Part shown: positions 39,356 through 52,868 of the stretch, one piece after another
Layout: every line of letters starts with the position of its first letter
How positions within the stretch are numbered: position 1 is the stretch's first letter
Assembly (NCBI RefSeq): GCF_001194135.2
Contig: NC_068982.1
Location: 19,713,842-19,777,841, forward strand
Length of the DNA stretch: 64,000 bases
Direction of reading: 5' to 3'
Source of the DNA: Octopus bimaculoides
Lineage: Eukaryota
Made by a program: the position numbers and the translations under genes
The notes under the pieces: generated by a model
What the model was told of the DNA's origin: nothing
Databases searched by the model: none
Seen by the model: only the letters and a program-made list of their open reading frames with translations

Positions 39356-40954
39356 CAGTAGCCAATCCACAGGGAATCGCAATTTACACCTGATTAGTTA
39401 AAAGTTTATTCAGACCGTTAGAGCAGCTTCAAAATGTTATGAGTTACTCATTGCTGACAACACTAATGAAAACCAACTAGTTGCTTACTCAATAGCTCAT
39501 AACCCAAACTTGAGCGCAATAGCAATTAAATTATAGTCTTCTTTGCACACAGAAGTTAATTTGTCAAAGGGGATATCATCATTACTTGCAATATTAGCAG
39601 TGATTAATTATGTAACTTTCATTCTCATTAACACTCGAGATGATATATGTAAACGTGTTGTAATACAGCACCACTTTACACGTGGTAATCGAAACATGAT
39701 ATGTTAGATATATAAATCTATATCAACTACATATAGGATATATGTATGTACGTCATTATTAAGTCTTATTTCAAGATGTCTTGCCAATTGAGAAAGAGTC
39801 GGTTCCTAACCTAGATTCAAGGCTCCATTGGAATTTCAACAACATCAACATGGTATTTTTGTATGTATTTATGTATGTATGTTTACGTGCAGATTTGTAT
39901 GTCTTGTTTTATGTGTGTCTTCTCACGCATACATATATACGTAAAAGATAAACTTCTGGAAAGTTTTACATATTATTACCATACCGGTGATGGTTTGAAT
40001 ATGTATGCATGTATGTATTTATGTATGCATGTATGTATTTATATATGCATGTATGTATTTATGTATGCATGCATGTATGTACATTTATATTTGTGTAGTT
40101 GAATAAAATTTGCGTAAAAATCTTTCAGTATGATATGCAAAGCTATCCATACTTTTAGGTTATCGGATGTCGGGAATTCCAACCACGTTTCCGAGGTTCG
40201 CTACCTCAAAAGTTCCTTTATAGAATCCAGTGGGAATACTCTTGTATTGAATATACATCTGGAATTCCAAAGTATTCGTAGAGTTTATATAAAGAGATGA
40301 CTAAGAGAAAATGGATAGAACAACATTTTTCATTTGAAATAAAAAATGTGGATCCATCCATTCTTTTTTATTCACTTCTATACATATATATATTTGTATA
40401 TATGTATGCATTAATGTATGTATGTAAGCATGTATATGTATATATACTAATGTAAATCTACAGATATAGATAATTAAATATCTATAATTAAATACATGTA
40501 AACACATACATTCACAAGGTCACACACATTTTTTAAACAATGACATAAATCAACTTCAAGAAACACTTTTGCAATGTGTATTAGGATTTCTATGTATTAT
40601 TTGAAAGATATATTTCACTTATCAATTATGCAAAGCGTGACCAAGAAAGTACAATTTATATAATGGATTTCAACCATTAATAATACCATCTATGGCATTA
40701 ACAGAAAGCAAATATATGCTGCATCTACATTCATAGATTATTTGTCAGTCGCCTCTTTCTAACTGGTGACTTTTATCACCTTTTACTTTAGAGATTTCGA
40801 ATTATTATAACAATATTTTTGATGTTTTACTTATATAACTACTTAAAATTCAAAGTTTCATCAATAACGAAATATATATCATTGATATTCGTACGGTTAT
40901 ATTTATAAACACTGAATGCGTTGTTAGCAGCACATAGTAACATATTAGTGTGGG

Positions 40955-41090
40955 AAGAACTTCCTTCACAACCACATGGTTTAAAGTTCGATCGCAAAGC
41001 GAGGTGAACTGGGCGATTGTCTTCTGCTATAGCCCCGGATCGACTAAAGACTTGTGAGAGGAATAGTGGTCAGAAATTGAAAGGAGCCAA
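40955..41090 (+). mobile_element. Degenerate SINE A 5' half
   Basis: CAACCACATGGTTTAAAGTTCGATC...GTCTTCTGCTATAGCCCCGGATCGACTAAAGACTTGTGAG followed by (GT)n/(CA)n. Confidence 0.6.
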
Positions 41091-41107
41091 TTGCGCGTGT
41101 GCGCACG

Positions 41108-41153
<46 letters not shown>

Positions 41154-41743
41154 CACACACACACACACACACAAATGGACTAAAATGTAGAAAACGCCGC
41201 TCCTGCATTGTCGTAATCCAATGACTAAAGCAAATTAAAGATAGACGATTAAAGGCAATTGTTAACTGTTGTGTCACTACGAACGTCATTCGTTGCTCAC
41301 CAGCACAAGCCTTTTGAAAACTCTTTAATCAGTGACGTCACCACGATTGTATGAGAAACGAATGCACAAATCGAAATTGACAGATCAGCATTTCAAGGTA
41401 GAATACAAATACAAGTTGTTAATTTCATCAACAATGCTAAGAAGGCACACACCATTCAGTTACATAAATGGGATGGTTATTGACGATCCCAATGAATCTT
41501 TTAACGATGATGAAAAGATCAGGTTACGCATCAACTATGCCTTATATTGCATCTTGCTGGGGAAAAGCCTTTAGTTTTAGTAATACGAGTCCATGGAAAT
41601 GGAAATTGGATGACATACGGAAATAAATCAGAGAAATAAAAGCATTGTTAACTGCAAATGTTCTTTTCTTGTCGATAGAGAGATTTGAAATGTTTGAACT
41701 GGATAATTAATTCTACCCATACTACTACATATATATGTGTGTC

Positions 41744-41789
<46 letters not shown>

Positions 41790-41841
41790 TGTGTGTGTTT
41801 ATGTGTGTATGTGTGTGTTTGTGTGTGGGGGGTGCGTGTGG

Positions 41842-41874
<33 letters not shown>

Positions 41875-41878
41875 CGTA

Positions 41879-41972
41879 AGGTGGTGAGCTGACAGAAACG
41901 TTAGCACGCCGGGTGAAATACGCAGCGGTATTTCGTCTGTCTTTACGTTCTGAGTTCAAATTCCACCGAGGT
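41879..41972 (+). mobile_element. SINE family B 5' part (runs into gap)
   Basis: GGTGGTGAGCTGACAGAAACGTTAGCACGCCGGG...GAGTTCAAATTCCACCGAGGT. Confidence 0.85.
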
Positions 41973-42308
41973 NNNNNNNNNNNNNNNNNNNNNNNNNNNN
42001 NNNNNNNNNNNNNNNNNNNNNNNNNNNNNNNNNNNNNNNNNNNNNNNNNNNNNNNNNNNNNNNNNNNNNNNNNNNNNNNNNNNNNNNNNNNNNNNNNNNN
42101 NNNNNNNNNNNNNNNNNNNNNNNNNNNNNNNNNNNNNNNNNNNNNNNNNNNNNNNNNNNNNNNNNNNNNNNNNNNNNNNNNNNNNNNNNNNNNNNNNNNN
42201 NNNNNNNNNNNNNNNNNNNNNNNNNNNNNATATATATATTCGTGCATATACATGTAAGCATACAAAAATGTATATATATACATAAGTGTGCATATGAATG
42301 TGTGTATG

Positions 42309-42510
42309 CATATAGTGGTTACGGTGTTCGATTCATGATCATCAGATTGTGGTTTCGATTCCTAGACTAGTCAATGACTTGTGTTCGTGAGCAAAAATTT
42401 GATTTTAAGTTTCTCCAGTTCGTCGTCTATGCAGTTGAATAATCCATTGATGGTCCGGCGTTCCGTCGATGGCCGAATATACTCGCCGGAGAAACCGGGA
42501 AACCAGCCCT
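42309..42510 (+). mobile_element. tRNA-derived SINE with family C-type tail, different head
   Basis: TAGTGGTTACGGTG A-box, GGTTTCGATTCC B-box, GATGGTCCGGCGTTCCGTC...GAAACCGGGAAACC tail. Confidence 0.6.
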
Positions 42511-42659
42511 GTGCTTCTTCTATATGGTTAAGATTAAACGTGTATACACACACACATATATGTGTGTGTGTGTGCGTGAGTGCGTGTGTGCTTGTGTGTG
42601 TGTCTGTGGGTATGTGTGTGCACATGCGTACTTTTATATAGTAATGGCTCGGTAGGTTA

Positions 42660-42900
42660 TTGCAAGGAAAATTGAATTGGCAACGGTGTTCCAGAAGATC
42701 AATATTCTATAATATGAGGAGTATGGGCAGTGGTTACTGTTGAACGTCGAAGAGGCCAAACGTTTGTGAAGTATGAAGAGATGCATCATTCAGCAGACTT
42801 GGAGAGTTATACAAGAGAGTAAAAGAGGTAGAGACGGGAGAGTATATATGCTACCGATCATGAGATTGTATCACATATGACACCTCCATCAACTAACTCA
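42660..42900 (-). mobile_element. Possible CR1/L2-type LINE 3' remnant
   Basis: Minus strand FWNTVANSIF resembles the LWNxLPxxxF motif; heavily decayed. Confidence 0.3.
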
Positions 42901-43815
42901 GTTCTCCCCCAATTTCCTTTTTATGGTTACTTACTAGTAGGGATATATGGATTTCAACAGCACCATCTGAACAGTAGATGCTAGATCATGTTGCTCTGGC
43001 GTGATATTTGTTGCGGGATGCAGTTAAAGGTATGGGCTAAAATATTTTTCTGATAAGAGAACGTAAATCTTTGTGATTAACTTTTTCCTACGTTAAAGGC
43101 TTGTCTTTCCCAGTATTCTCAGTGATTGCAAAACCTACCACTTATTATGTTCTACTCGGATTTCATTCAGACCTTTAACTTTTATTCAATACTATTTATA
43201 GATATGGGGAATGTGTATTTTTTGTTGTTAACGTAAAGAATTTTGGCATAATTCCATTGAAAAATCTTTTCATGACTTTAGTTCATCAACTCAGTGAATA
43301 TTAGGCGAGAGGTATCAAGTTACATTACAATGACGCCTGGATATGGAGGCTTGCAAAGTGAAGAATGTTTTCTTTTGAAAAAGATATAGTTGTGCTAAAA
43401 GTTCTTGCAAACAGATGGAGCTATGTAGATATGAAATGCAAAAAGCAACATTGCAGTCTAATGTTGCATGGTTCAGAGTTGATAAACTGTGTTCTAGATG
43501 GTGCTCTATAAGTACGCCATGGGATATTTCAGTCTGACAGGATACCACAAATCCAAGAGAAATGGACGCATCAGTTTTGTCATGACTGTACTACTCAAAC
43601 TGGTATATATATTATCATCTGAATTATGGAGGTGTCTAATATATAGCTGAGTCAAGAACCTGGGAATATTGTTCTAGTAACATAAGGGAATAACTGGCAT
43701 AGAAGACAATATTTTGACATTTCTAAATCGATATATCTTGTTAGACAAGTATCTAGTATTTCTGTCAGCTAAAATTAGCTAATTCAAGTATCCACCAAAA
43801 GAAAAAGTGTCTAAC

Positions 43816-43870
43816 TTTTTAAGTTCAAAGCAAAATCGGTCAATTTTTAAGTTCAAAACAAAATCGGTCA
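43816..43870. repeat. 28-bp tandem duplication
   Basis: TTTTTAAGTTCAAA(G/A)CAAAATCGGTCA x2. Confidence 0.9.
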
Positions 43871-45064
43871 TTAATTTTTCTTAAAATACGAGTAGAAATT
43901 TTAGCTTTTAAATAAATTAATTGATTATGAACTCTATTACGTATCGAATGCGACAGATAGTTATCAACAATCCAATATTATAAACAAATGATCGTTAATC
44001 TTATTAAGGTATCAGCTGCCACATATTTAATGCATGGTGATGACAAAGACTAACCAGCGTCCTTGTCAGACGTGTCTTCAAAATAATAGCAGGTGAAAAT
44101 AATTTAAATCAATGGATATTAATAAAAACAAACACTCTAAAAATTTAAGCAGATTTATAACCTCCGATATATATCTGATGATAGAGAGAGAAAGGGAGAG
44201 AGAGAGACAGACAGAGAGAGAGATAGACAGACACAGAGACAGAGAGAGAAACAAAGAGAAATAGAGACAGAGACAGAGACAGACAGGCAGACAGACAAGC
44301 AGACAGACAAGCAGACAGAGACAGAGACAGGGACAGAAAGAAATACAGACAGAAATGGAGAAAATAGGAGAAACTATAAATTAGACGTTAAACAAATTTA
44401 AATGACAACTCATTGCTAACTTCCGGATTTTTGCCCACTGTTGTGAAGTTATTTTGAAATGGTTGAAATGGTGAAATTACTAGTTAAGCATAAACTGGCA
44501 ATTTTAATTTATGATATTATTCGTATTTTTTCTTTCAGAGTGTAAAGGAAGTTATATCGTGTTTAAATATCGATTCTGTCCAGAAACTTGCAAGGCATGG
44601 ATACAGAAAGCTAATCAAGCTTAATATATTAGTGTGAAACCAGTGATCCAGGATACCCTTTAACTGTTTGTGACGGGAAAATTTGATCCATAATCCATTT
44701 CATCCAGTTTAAAAGGTATGAGAAAAACAATATCTGACATCTTGAACACTTTCCCTTCTTGCGAGAGGATGAGAAATAGTCACAGAGAAGGAAAAAGTGA
44801 AAGAAAGAGAAAATATATCACGTTGTTACCGTCTAAGTCAAAAAATCTAAGGCCCGTTAGCAGCACTTTTCTGTGTCCACTTTCTCCGATTATTGGATTA
44901 GTCACTTCGCACGGGAATTCAACTCGTACAAGTCTTCTGCAAATATATAATATTGGTTTGAATTTTATCTATTCTAGCTGTGGTTAAGCATAAACCTCAG
45001 TCTATGTGAATAAATAATGTACTGCAATCTAACCTGTTTTCTACCCTTACTACAATCACCATAA

Positions 45065-45252
45065 GTGCTGCAAATTCACAGTATCATTAGCTTGTCGGAC
45101 GAAATGCTAATCGTCATTTCTTTAGACTTTAGGCTCTTTCATCTTTCGAGATCGATAAAATAAGTACTAGTTAAACAATGGGGTCGATGTAATCGACTAA
45201 ACTTTCCCACCAAAATTTCAACCCTTGTGCCTATAGTACAAAAAATTATTAC
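45065..45252 (+). mobile_element. SINE family B with internal deletion
   Basis: GATCGATAAAATAAGTACTAG...GGGGTCGATGTAATCGACT...CTTGTGCCTATAGTA. Confidence 0.75.
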
Positions 45253-45642
45253 GATGACCATATTTCAGACTGGAAACGTAACAAGTTGTCTGATGATTTT
45301 CTTATGGACTATACTTTTCAATGGATAAAATCCTCGTTAAGAAAGATGTGTTCTCATAGTACTCCTCCCCCCATCTCTCTCTCTCAACCTCCACTCTCTC
45401 TCACTCTCACCTTGTCTCTCCCTGTCTCTTTCCATCTCTCTCCGTTTCACTCCGTCTCTCCATTTCTTTCTCCAACTTCCTTTTTCTCCCTCTAACTTTT
45501 CTATTCTGTTTTAGAAAATACTTTTAAAAAAGTAGTTTATTTTCTGTAACTATATTTAATACTAAATTTAACATATTTCTGTATGATGATGGCCATAATT
45601 GTAGTTTGTTTAAGACAATGACTGCAAACGTGGAATATAGCA

Positions 45643-45717
45643 ATAATAATAATAACAACAACAACAACAACAACAGCAGCAGCAGCAGCAACAACAATAA
45701 CGACAACAACAACAATC

Positions 45718-45779
<62 letters not shown>

Positions 45780-45793
45780 AATAATAATAATAA
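45643..45793. repeat. (AAT)/(AAC)/(AGC) compound microsatellite
   Basis: Direct inspection. Confidence 0.95.
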
Positions 45794-46640
45794 GCAGATG
45801 GGAACAGAAACCTCTGCATGGCAAGTATGTGGGCCATATCAAACAACCTGATGTCGATCAGAATCACACGCATCAATGGTTACGAAGCTCATGGCTTAAA
45901 ACAGAGAGTGAAGGTTTCATATTGGCTGCTCAAGACCAAAGCTTATTAACCCAGAACTATCCAGCCAATGTGATAAAAAATGGAGCTGACCCACAATGCC
46001 GATTCTGTAACGATGAGATTGAAACTATAGATCAACTACTCTCAGAGTGTAGAGTCTTAGCACCTGTAGAATATAAAGCAAGATATGACAGAGTCGGCCA
46101 ATATTTACACTGTACAATATGCCGGCATAATAAAACAAAACCGCTGACAAATGGTATAAACACCATCCTGAAGCTGTGACTGGGGGAGAAAATGTGTCGA
46201 TTCTATAGCACTTCCCCGTACATACCGACAAATCTATGAACGCTAATAAACCGGATGTTATTATAAAAGATCAGACAAAGAAGATGTGTTTATTAATTGA
46301 CATGAGTATTGCTTGCGATCATAATATAGCGGCGAATGAATTTGACAAGATCAGTAAATATAAAGACTTGCTAATAGAAATTGAAAACAATGTGGCATCT
46401 CAAGGCGACTACCGTACCAGTGATTGTAGAATCTCTCGGAATGATAAAAAAAAATGGTACTGAAACCTATTTGAAAATGATACCAGGCTTACCATCCCTA
46501 CAGGAAATGCAAAAAATCGTATCAACTGGAACGACTCATGTACTGAGAAGAGCATTATCGCTGTGAAAACAACATCCATTCATGAATTTATTTATTTATT
46601 AATTTGTTTTAAATACATATTTTACCTGTGAATTTGCGTG
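45794..46640 (+). mobile_element. R4/Dong-like (REL endonuclease) non-LTR retrotransposon, C-terminal part, pseudogenized
   Basis: WEQKPLHGKY...ESEGFILAAQDQ...CRFCNDEIETIDQLLSEC (zinc-knuckle position)...NKPDVIIKD...LLIDMSI...KISKYKDL (PD..D..K REL motif)...VPVIVESLG...VLRRALSL*; frameshifts between the listed ORFs. Confidence 0.9.
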
Positions 46641-47653
46641 TGTAAACTGGGAATGCATACAATGAGCTTCTCTGCACTAGGTGTACGGAAAACACTCGGC
46701 GAGAACAGAACAGTGTGTGGATATAAAATTGGTGACGAGAAAATAAGTCATCTATTTTATATGGAGGACTTCAAGTTCTATGGCAAAGACGATAATGAAC
46801 TTGAAGGTCTATTACGTACTGTGAAAGCATTCAGTGAAGACATCGGGACGTAATTTAGTCTTCGTAAATATACCAAGACCACTTTCCAGAAAGGGAAATT
46901 GAAGACCTCACATTCATCGGTGTTGGTTGTTAGCACAGTCATAAAAGAAATCAAGCAGGAACAAACTGATATATTACCTCGGAATAAATGAGGATTCTAC
47001 CATTCAGCACGCAAGCATGAAAGAGAAGATCGGGAAGGAATGTTACAGAAGGAGTCCTAAAATCCGAGTTAAAGAAGGTGTTAGCTATAAATTCCTTAGC
47101 AGTTCCGGTTGTTATTTACAGTTTCAATCTGTTGAACCGGAATATGAGCAGAATTAGGAAGATTGACAGGAAAATCCGTAAGCTACTGCCTTGCAAAAAG
47201 ATGCACCATCCAAAAGCAGACGCAGATCGTCTTTACTTACCCAGAGCTCCAGAATGTCGGGGCGTGATCCAATTTGAAATCCCTTACAAAACTGCACACA
47301 ATTGAACTGGTGAAATATCTTGAAACATCTAACGACTGGATGCTAAAGCTCGTTGAAAAGCATGAAAGACGCAAGAAGCTTCATTCTGTTATGAAGGAGA
47401 ACAAAACATTTCCAAGTGAGTTTATGCATAATACCCAGGTTGAACAGCATGATGGAAGTACGGCAAATGTAGTTGCAAAGAACGTGAAATAAGTAGCAAA
47501 ATAAAATATGTTTGAACAATTGGCTGATAGGTAGGAATGAAAACCACTGCATAGAAAATACGTGACTCGTAGAAAACAAGCTGCTGTAGACCAGAAGCAC
47601 ATCCATCAGGCAGAGAGTGAAGGATTTATCTTGGCTGCTCAAAATCAGAACTC
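46641..47653 (+). mobile_element. R4/Dong-like retrotransposon, RT-to-thumb part, pseudogenized
   Basis: ISHLFYMEDFKFY (YxDD motif), AINSLAVPVVIYSF, HHPKADADRLYLPR, ending KPLHRKY...ESEGFILAAQNQ. Confidence 0.88.
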
Positions 47654-47851
<198 letters not shown>

Positions 47852-49734
47852 TAATGAGATTGTTGTTGATGTTATTCAAGTTATAAATTTTCATTATCTA
47901 TATTGTTTCTTCAGACTTACCCTGCTCGATTAACGTATCTCTTAAGATGAGAGTTGATACATCTGTTGCATTATTAATTAACTAACGCACTAGAAAAACA
48001 ATAATCTCTGGCGTACTTTTCTACATTTAAAGAAAAGATTCCTTGTGTATGTAAACACGTATCTATTCCCGACTCAAAATAGTTCTCTAAGCATGCGGAA
48101 GGAGATAATACTACAGCAATAGCTACTGGATGTTTCCTATCTGCCAATTAATTTTTGTTCAACACTGATAAATCTTCTAGTATTTATGTGTTTATCTTCT
48201 TACAATAAATTTTATGAGCATTGCACTCACGATTTTACAGAAATGAGGTAAGGGAATAATCTCTTGGTAGCTGAATATTAGTTCTCTTCTTCTTTAAATT
48301 CTTGAACATTACACGCATGCGCGCACGCACACACATGCACACAAACACATATATATATACATGTGCATATATGCATATGTAAATAAATATTTATACATGT
48401 GTGTGTGTGGATAAATCGTCATCAATCCAAATCAGTCGAGGAAAAGAAGTGAAATTGAAAATGAAAATGCAAAGTGAATATAGTAGAATCAATTAGAATT
48501 TGATTATATATTAAAATATAGAAATGCACCTGACAGGTTTCACATAAGATTTTCAAAAGTGTACGGAGTTGTGTCGCGAATTATAACTATTTTGTCTGTT
48601 GTTATAACAATAGTTTGTTTATAAAGTAGGGATATAGCTCAGGACGCTATCGGCTAATGTACAAAGTGATTGGTCAACGTTAATGTATTACGCACATGTG
48701 ACAGTCACGTGAGAAAGTCACATAAAGGCTTTTCTGTACTGAATATGTCATATGACGTTAGGAAAGAATGATATGAATAAGTATTAAAATACTTGCTTAC
48801 TTATAAATTTATAAATGAATATTGGTTATTATTCTACCGTAAGTACTTGTTCCCGCCCTTTGAAAATGATACAACATATCCTTTCTTTGTTAATAAGGCG
48901 TGGGGTAAGTAAGATAACGGAGTGTGGAGAAAATAAGATAGATGACAGCTACTACATGAATTTTGATTTTATTTACGACGACACAATTAGACATTCTACA
49001 ATAATTAATTCATAAGTAAAGGAAAATCGTGCATTACTGTTATCTTTATTACGTGTTCAGCAGTGGATTGTACATTTTGTATTAATGAACTTCGCTTATT
49101 ATATCTTGTTTGGTTTTGTGTATTGTGTGTAAATTGACAGAGGGGAAAGACAAGAAATTTGGGATACATGGCTTCGAGTATGCGTCCAGATGTTCACTAA
49201 GTGGAATTTGTCTTGTTTTTGGATCACGTATTTGTTGACGATCAATATATAATCTCATTATTAAAGTGATTTTAATTTCTCCCATGTCGCCTTCCCTGCA
49301 TCCATTGCATTTGATGACAGAAAAACAATTAAAATGTTGCTTTTTTTACAGTAAAATCTTGTCCTGATATAAATTTACACCTTGTGTCCTCAAGAATGAT
49401 CTAACAAGTTCCACGACTGGACCAGTCATACCATTTAACTACTGGAGTTGAGTACATAGTTGGTAGTTTCATGTGGTGAGTAGCTTTTCTCTAGATTTTG
49501 TTTGGGTTTGCATTTGATCTTGTGCCTTTGCTCATTACTTGGTCATCACTCAAAATGGCATATTATGATGCATAATGCTGACATTTTAGGAGAGGTTTTA
49601 ACATAACGTATATTCATTGTTATTTGGACACAAGGAAGTGTAAATTAAGATTTACATACTGTTCAAGAAATTATACCTTATTACACATCTACGTGTATGT
49701 CTGTGCATGAGTGTGTATAGTAACGACTTTTCTA

Positions 49735-49826
49735 GGTAGGTAGGCAGGCGGGCAGGCAGGCAGACAGGCAGGCAGGTAGGCAGGCAGGCAGGCAGGCAGG
49801 CAGGTAGGTAGGTAGGTAGGTAGGTA
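49735..49826. repeat. (GGCA)n/(GGTA)n tetranucleotide repeat
   Basis: Direct inspection. Confidence 0.95.
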
Positions 49827-50121
49827 ATTTCTTTGGCACGATGTAAATTTTACGCTTGTCTTCCCAGTGAACAAATAACCATAATCATGAAAAATTAATT
49901 TCTATTTAGAACTGCCGGCTAAATAAACTTCACATATTATGAGTATAATCCACTGAAATGAGGCAATAATCATTTACAAAACAACTATATCTTAATTAAA
50001 AACGAATATTTAAACACACATCGTTGCTTCAGCAACACTTTCAATAAGCTCTAAATGTATGTACACACAAACGCACAAATATATACACACATGCACTCAC
50101 GCACTCACACACACATACGCA

Positions 50122-50158
<37 letters not shown>

Positions 50159-50189
50159 GTGTAAAGTTATTAACTATTTCTTTTGTTTT

Positions 50190-50560
50190 TCTCAATTATT
50201 TCACATGTCCTAGTTGTGGAAGGACATATAAAATAATTGAGCAAGGAACGACCCCAAAATTCAAGAATGGGAAGGTACTCGAAGTGAATGCAAACATGGA
50301 TTGCCAAATAATAATTCTCATCCATTGCATCACATACCTGCAATGCACCGAAATCTACACTGGAGAAACAGGGTGTAAACCAACCAGTTATGTAAACGTG
50401 CATAAAGCAAGAAATCAAAGATTTATCTCTTAGAAATGTTTCGAGACATCTGTGCAAATGGAAAATTTAAATTATTCCCGTTTTACAAAACAGAAGATGG
50501 AAAATGATCGCCTAAGAAGGACAAAAGAAGGATACTTTATGAGACAGTATTTTTTTCAAA
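50190..50560 (+). mobile_element. Penelope-like element remnant, GIY-YIG endonuclease
   Basis: CGRTYKIIEQG...NANMDC...LIHCITYLQC.EIYTGETG...VH (LIYCITC..C...YIGET pattern). Confidence 0.8.
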
Positions 50561-50979
50561 AGTAAAGAGAAACTCGAAGGAGATAATACTATAAACGATA
50601 GTGTGTTAATTGGTTAAAAATGCCTTTAGATAGAAAACCTCAAAGGCTGCGCGTTGAGCTCGAACTTACACCTTGTGTAAACAGGACAGACGCCAACAAC
50701 ATACAATTTTCGCTGGTGAGAATAAAGTTTCTAAGATGGCAAGAATAATTCGAAGGATAGATTTGTTTCAATGGTAGGACGTCTGTTATGTTTAACGAAC
50801 ACACGCAACCTTTACTTCGCCTAACTAAAGGTTTCTTTACCCATTATTCACACGTTATTAAATATAGCTTTATCCGCTTTGAGCGTCATAGGTCCAAATA
50901 TGAATTATTTGACTTTCTTTCGAAGCTTCTACCTTCTTATGACGTAAGCAATATATATGTGTGCGTGTGTCCGTGTACG

Positions 50980-51048
<69 letters not shown>

Positions 51049-52744
51049 CATAGTTAATAGTTAAATATACAGTAACTCATATATTGACGGACAAAACAAA
51101 CAGTATACACAGTCAAAGAAAATCATACTAATAGTCACATGCTTCACACATTACCTCTTTACAGCATTTCACTTAAGTCTGAGACCTTCTATAATTGTAG
51201 CAAATCGATATTACATGCTAGGTCTTAGAGATTCTCTAGTCATTTATTTATACGGAGAAGAAATGTCGGCCTTCTCCTTCAAAATTAGATATTGCCGCAA
51301 AAAGTTCTAGGTTGGCCGCTCTTTGACTCACATATAAAACTTGTTATTATTGAAAATAGAAACACCTCGGATGAGAAATGAAGAATGGCATGAAATATAT
51401 CTAATAGAAAAGAAATATTAAAACAGAAAATATCGAAGTGAGGGAAATTAAGTTGATACCAGAGTAGGAGAATAAACGTTTTAATCATTAATGTCGCGTT
51501 GGGTGACCATTGATGAACTTGCCAACAGTAAGGATGTTAAAGATAAATTGGTGTCAGCAAACTCGTCATTCTATTTAATCTATTGCCTGCGGTAGAATAT
51601 TACATTTACATTCTGTAAGTGAAGTGAAAAAGCTAAATCTATTATAGAATATCTTACACAATCTTGGTTCAGCAGAAGCTTATAACCATATTAGGTCACT
51701 CACTTTCATAAAAATGCACATATTAATAAACATCTGTCAAGATCGAAACACAGGTGGCTGTGCCCATTGCGCTTGCGTATAGCCTTAGCGTGAAGCAAAC
51801 ATACACAAGCAAACATACACTCGCGCACATACATGTACACACTCACATACACCCGCGCACACTCACGCGTGCATATGTACGTATACATGTGAGAGTGTAC
51901 ATTGTATGAATATATTTTGTCATAAACAGCTGAGAGAACAAACTAGCGACTGTGTAATGAATAGGAAGCATTTGTGTTACATGGTCTAAAGAAATATCCC
52001 CAATACGGACAGGGAGTCTAATGTCCTTAACGATCCCAGAAGAGTAAATCCTTCAAACATGTGAGGAATAGACATTATATAAGTATTCCTGGTGAAATTA
52101 ATCGTAAAATTATTACTACGTCAAGGTTACACGTTGGAACTGCAGTCCTATTGGAATTAGGTTGTGCTGTATCATTGAGACATAAAGCTGCTGGCAAATG
52201 CATTTTACTTTATATCAGAGGTTGCGTTTTATTCTTTATATATCCCATGGCATTGAGAAGCAATTTACAAAGATCTGTAACTTCAATTATACAATAAGCC
52301 AAGAAGTTGTTGGTTATATCATATGTATATCAAGATGGTGACAGAGAGTAGAGAGAGAGGGGGGAGAGAGAAAGATAGGAGATAGAGAACTATTGTTCAA
52401 TATCTCAAGTTTAGATAAGGAGGACGGTTTGGCTATTTCACGCAGGATGGGCAATCAGGTATCGTAGAGATTCGAAGACAACTTTGTTATTTATTCACAG
52501 TGTGCCGACGATATAACTATCACAATCAAATCAACGGTAGCAAAGTTCAGACAATTAACAACTATCATTGTAGGCATGTGAAGATTTTACATCTGTGTAT
52601 GTATGTATGTATGTATGTATGTATCTTTCAATATCAGTAAGGATCCCTATCTCCGTCCAGCTGTACCTTAATAGCAGCTCGCAAAGTTCATCTTCAAAAT
52701 ATACTTTGATACAGCAATTTTAGCTAGAGCATCGTTCTCTCTCA

Positions 52745-52868
52745 ACTCCTCCACCTCTTCCTCCTCCTCATTCTACTACTACTACTACTACTACCACCAT
52801 CACCACCACCACCACTACTATCACTATCGCTACTGTTGATGCTGCTGCTGCTGCTGCTGCTGCTGCTA
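52745..52868. repeat. Compound (CCT)(CTA)(CAC)(CTG) trinucleotide tract
   Basis: Direct inspection. Confidence 0.9.
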
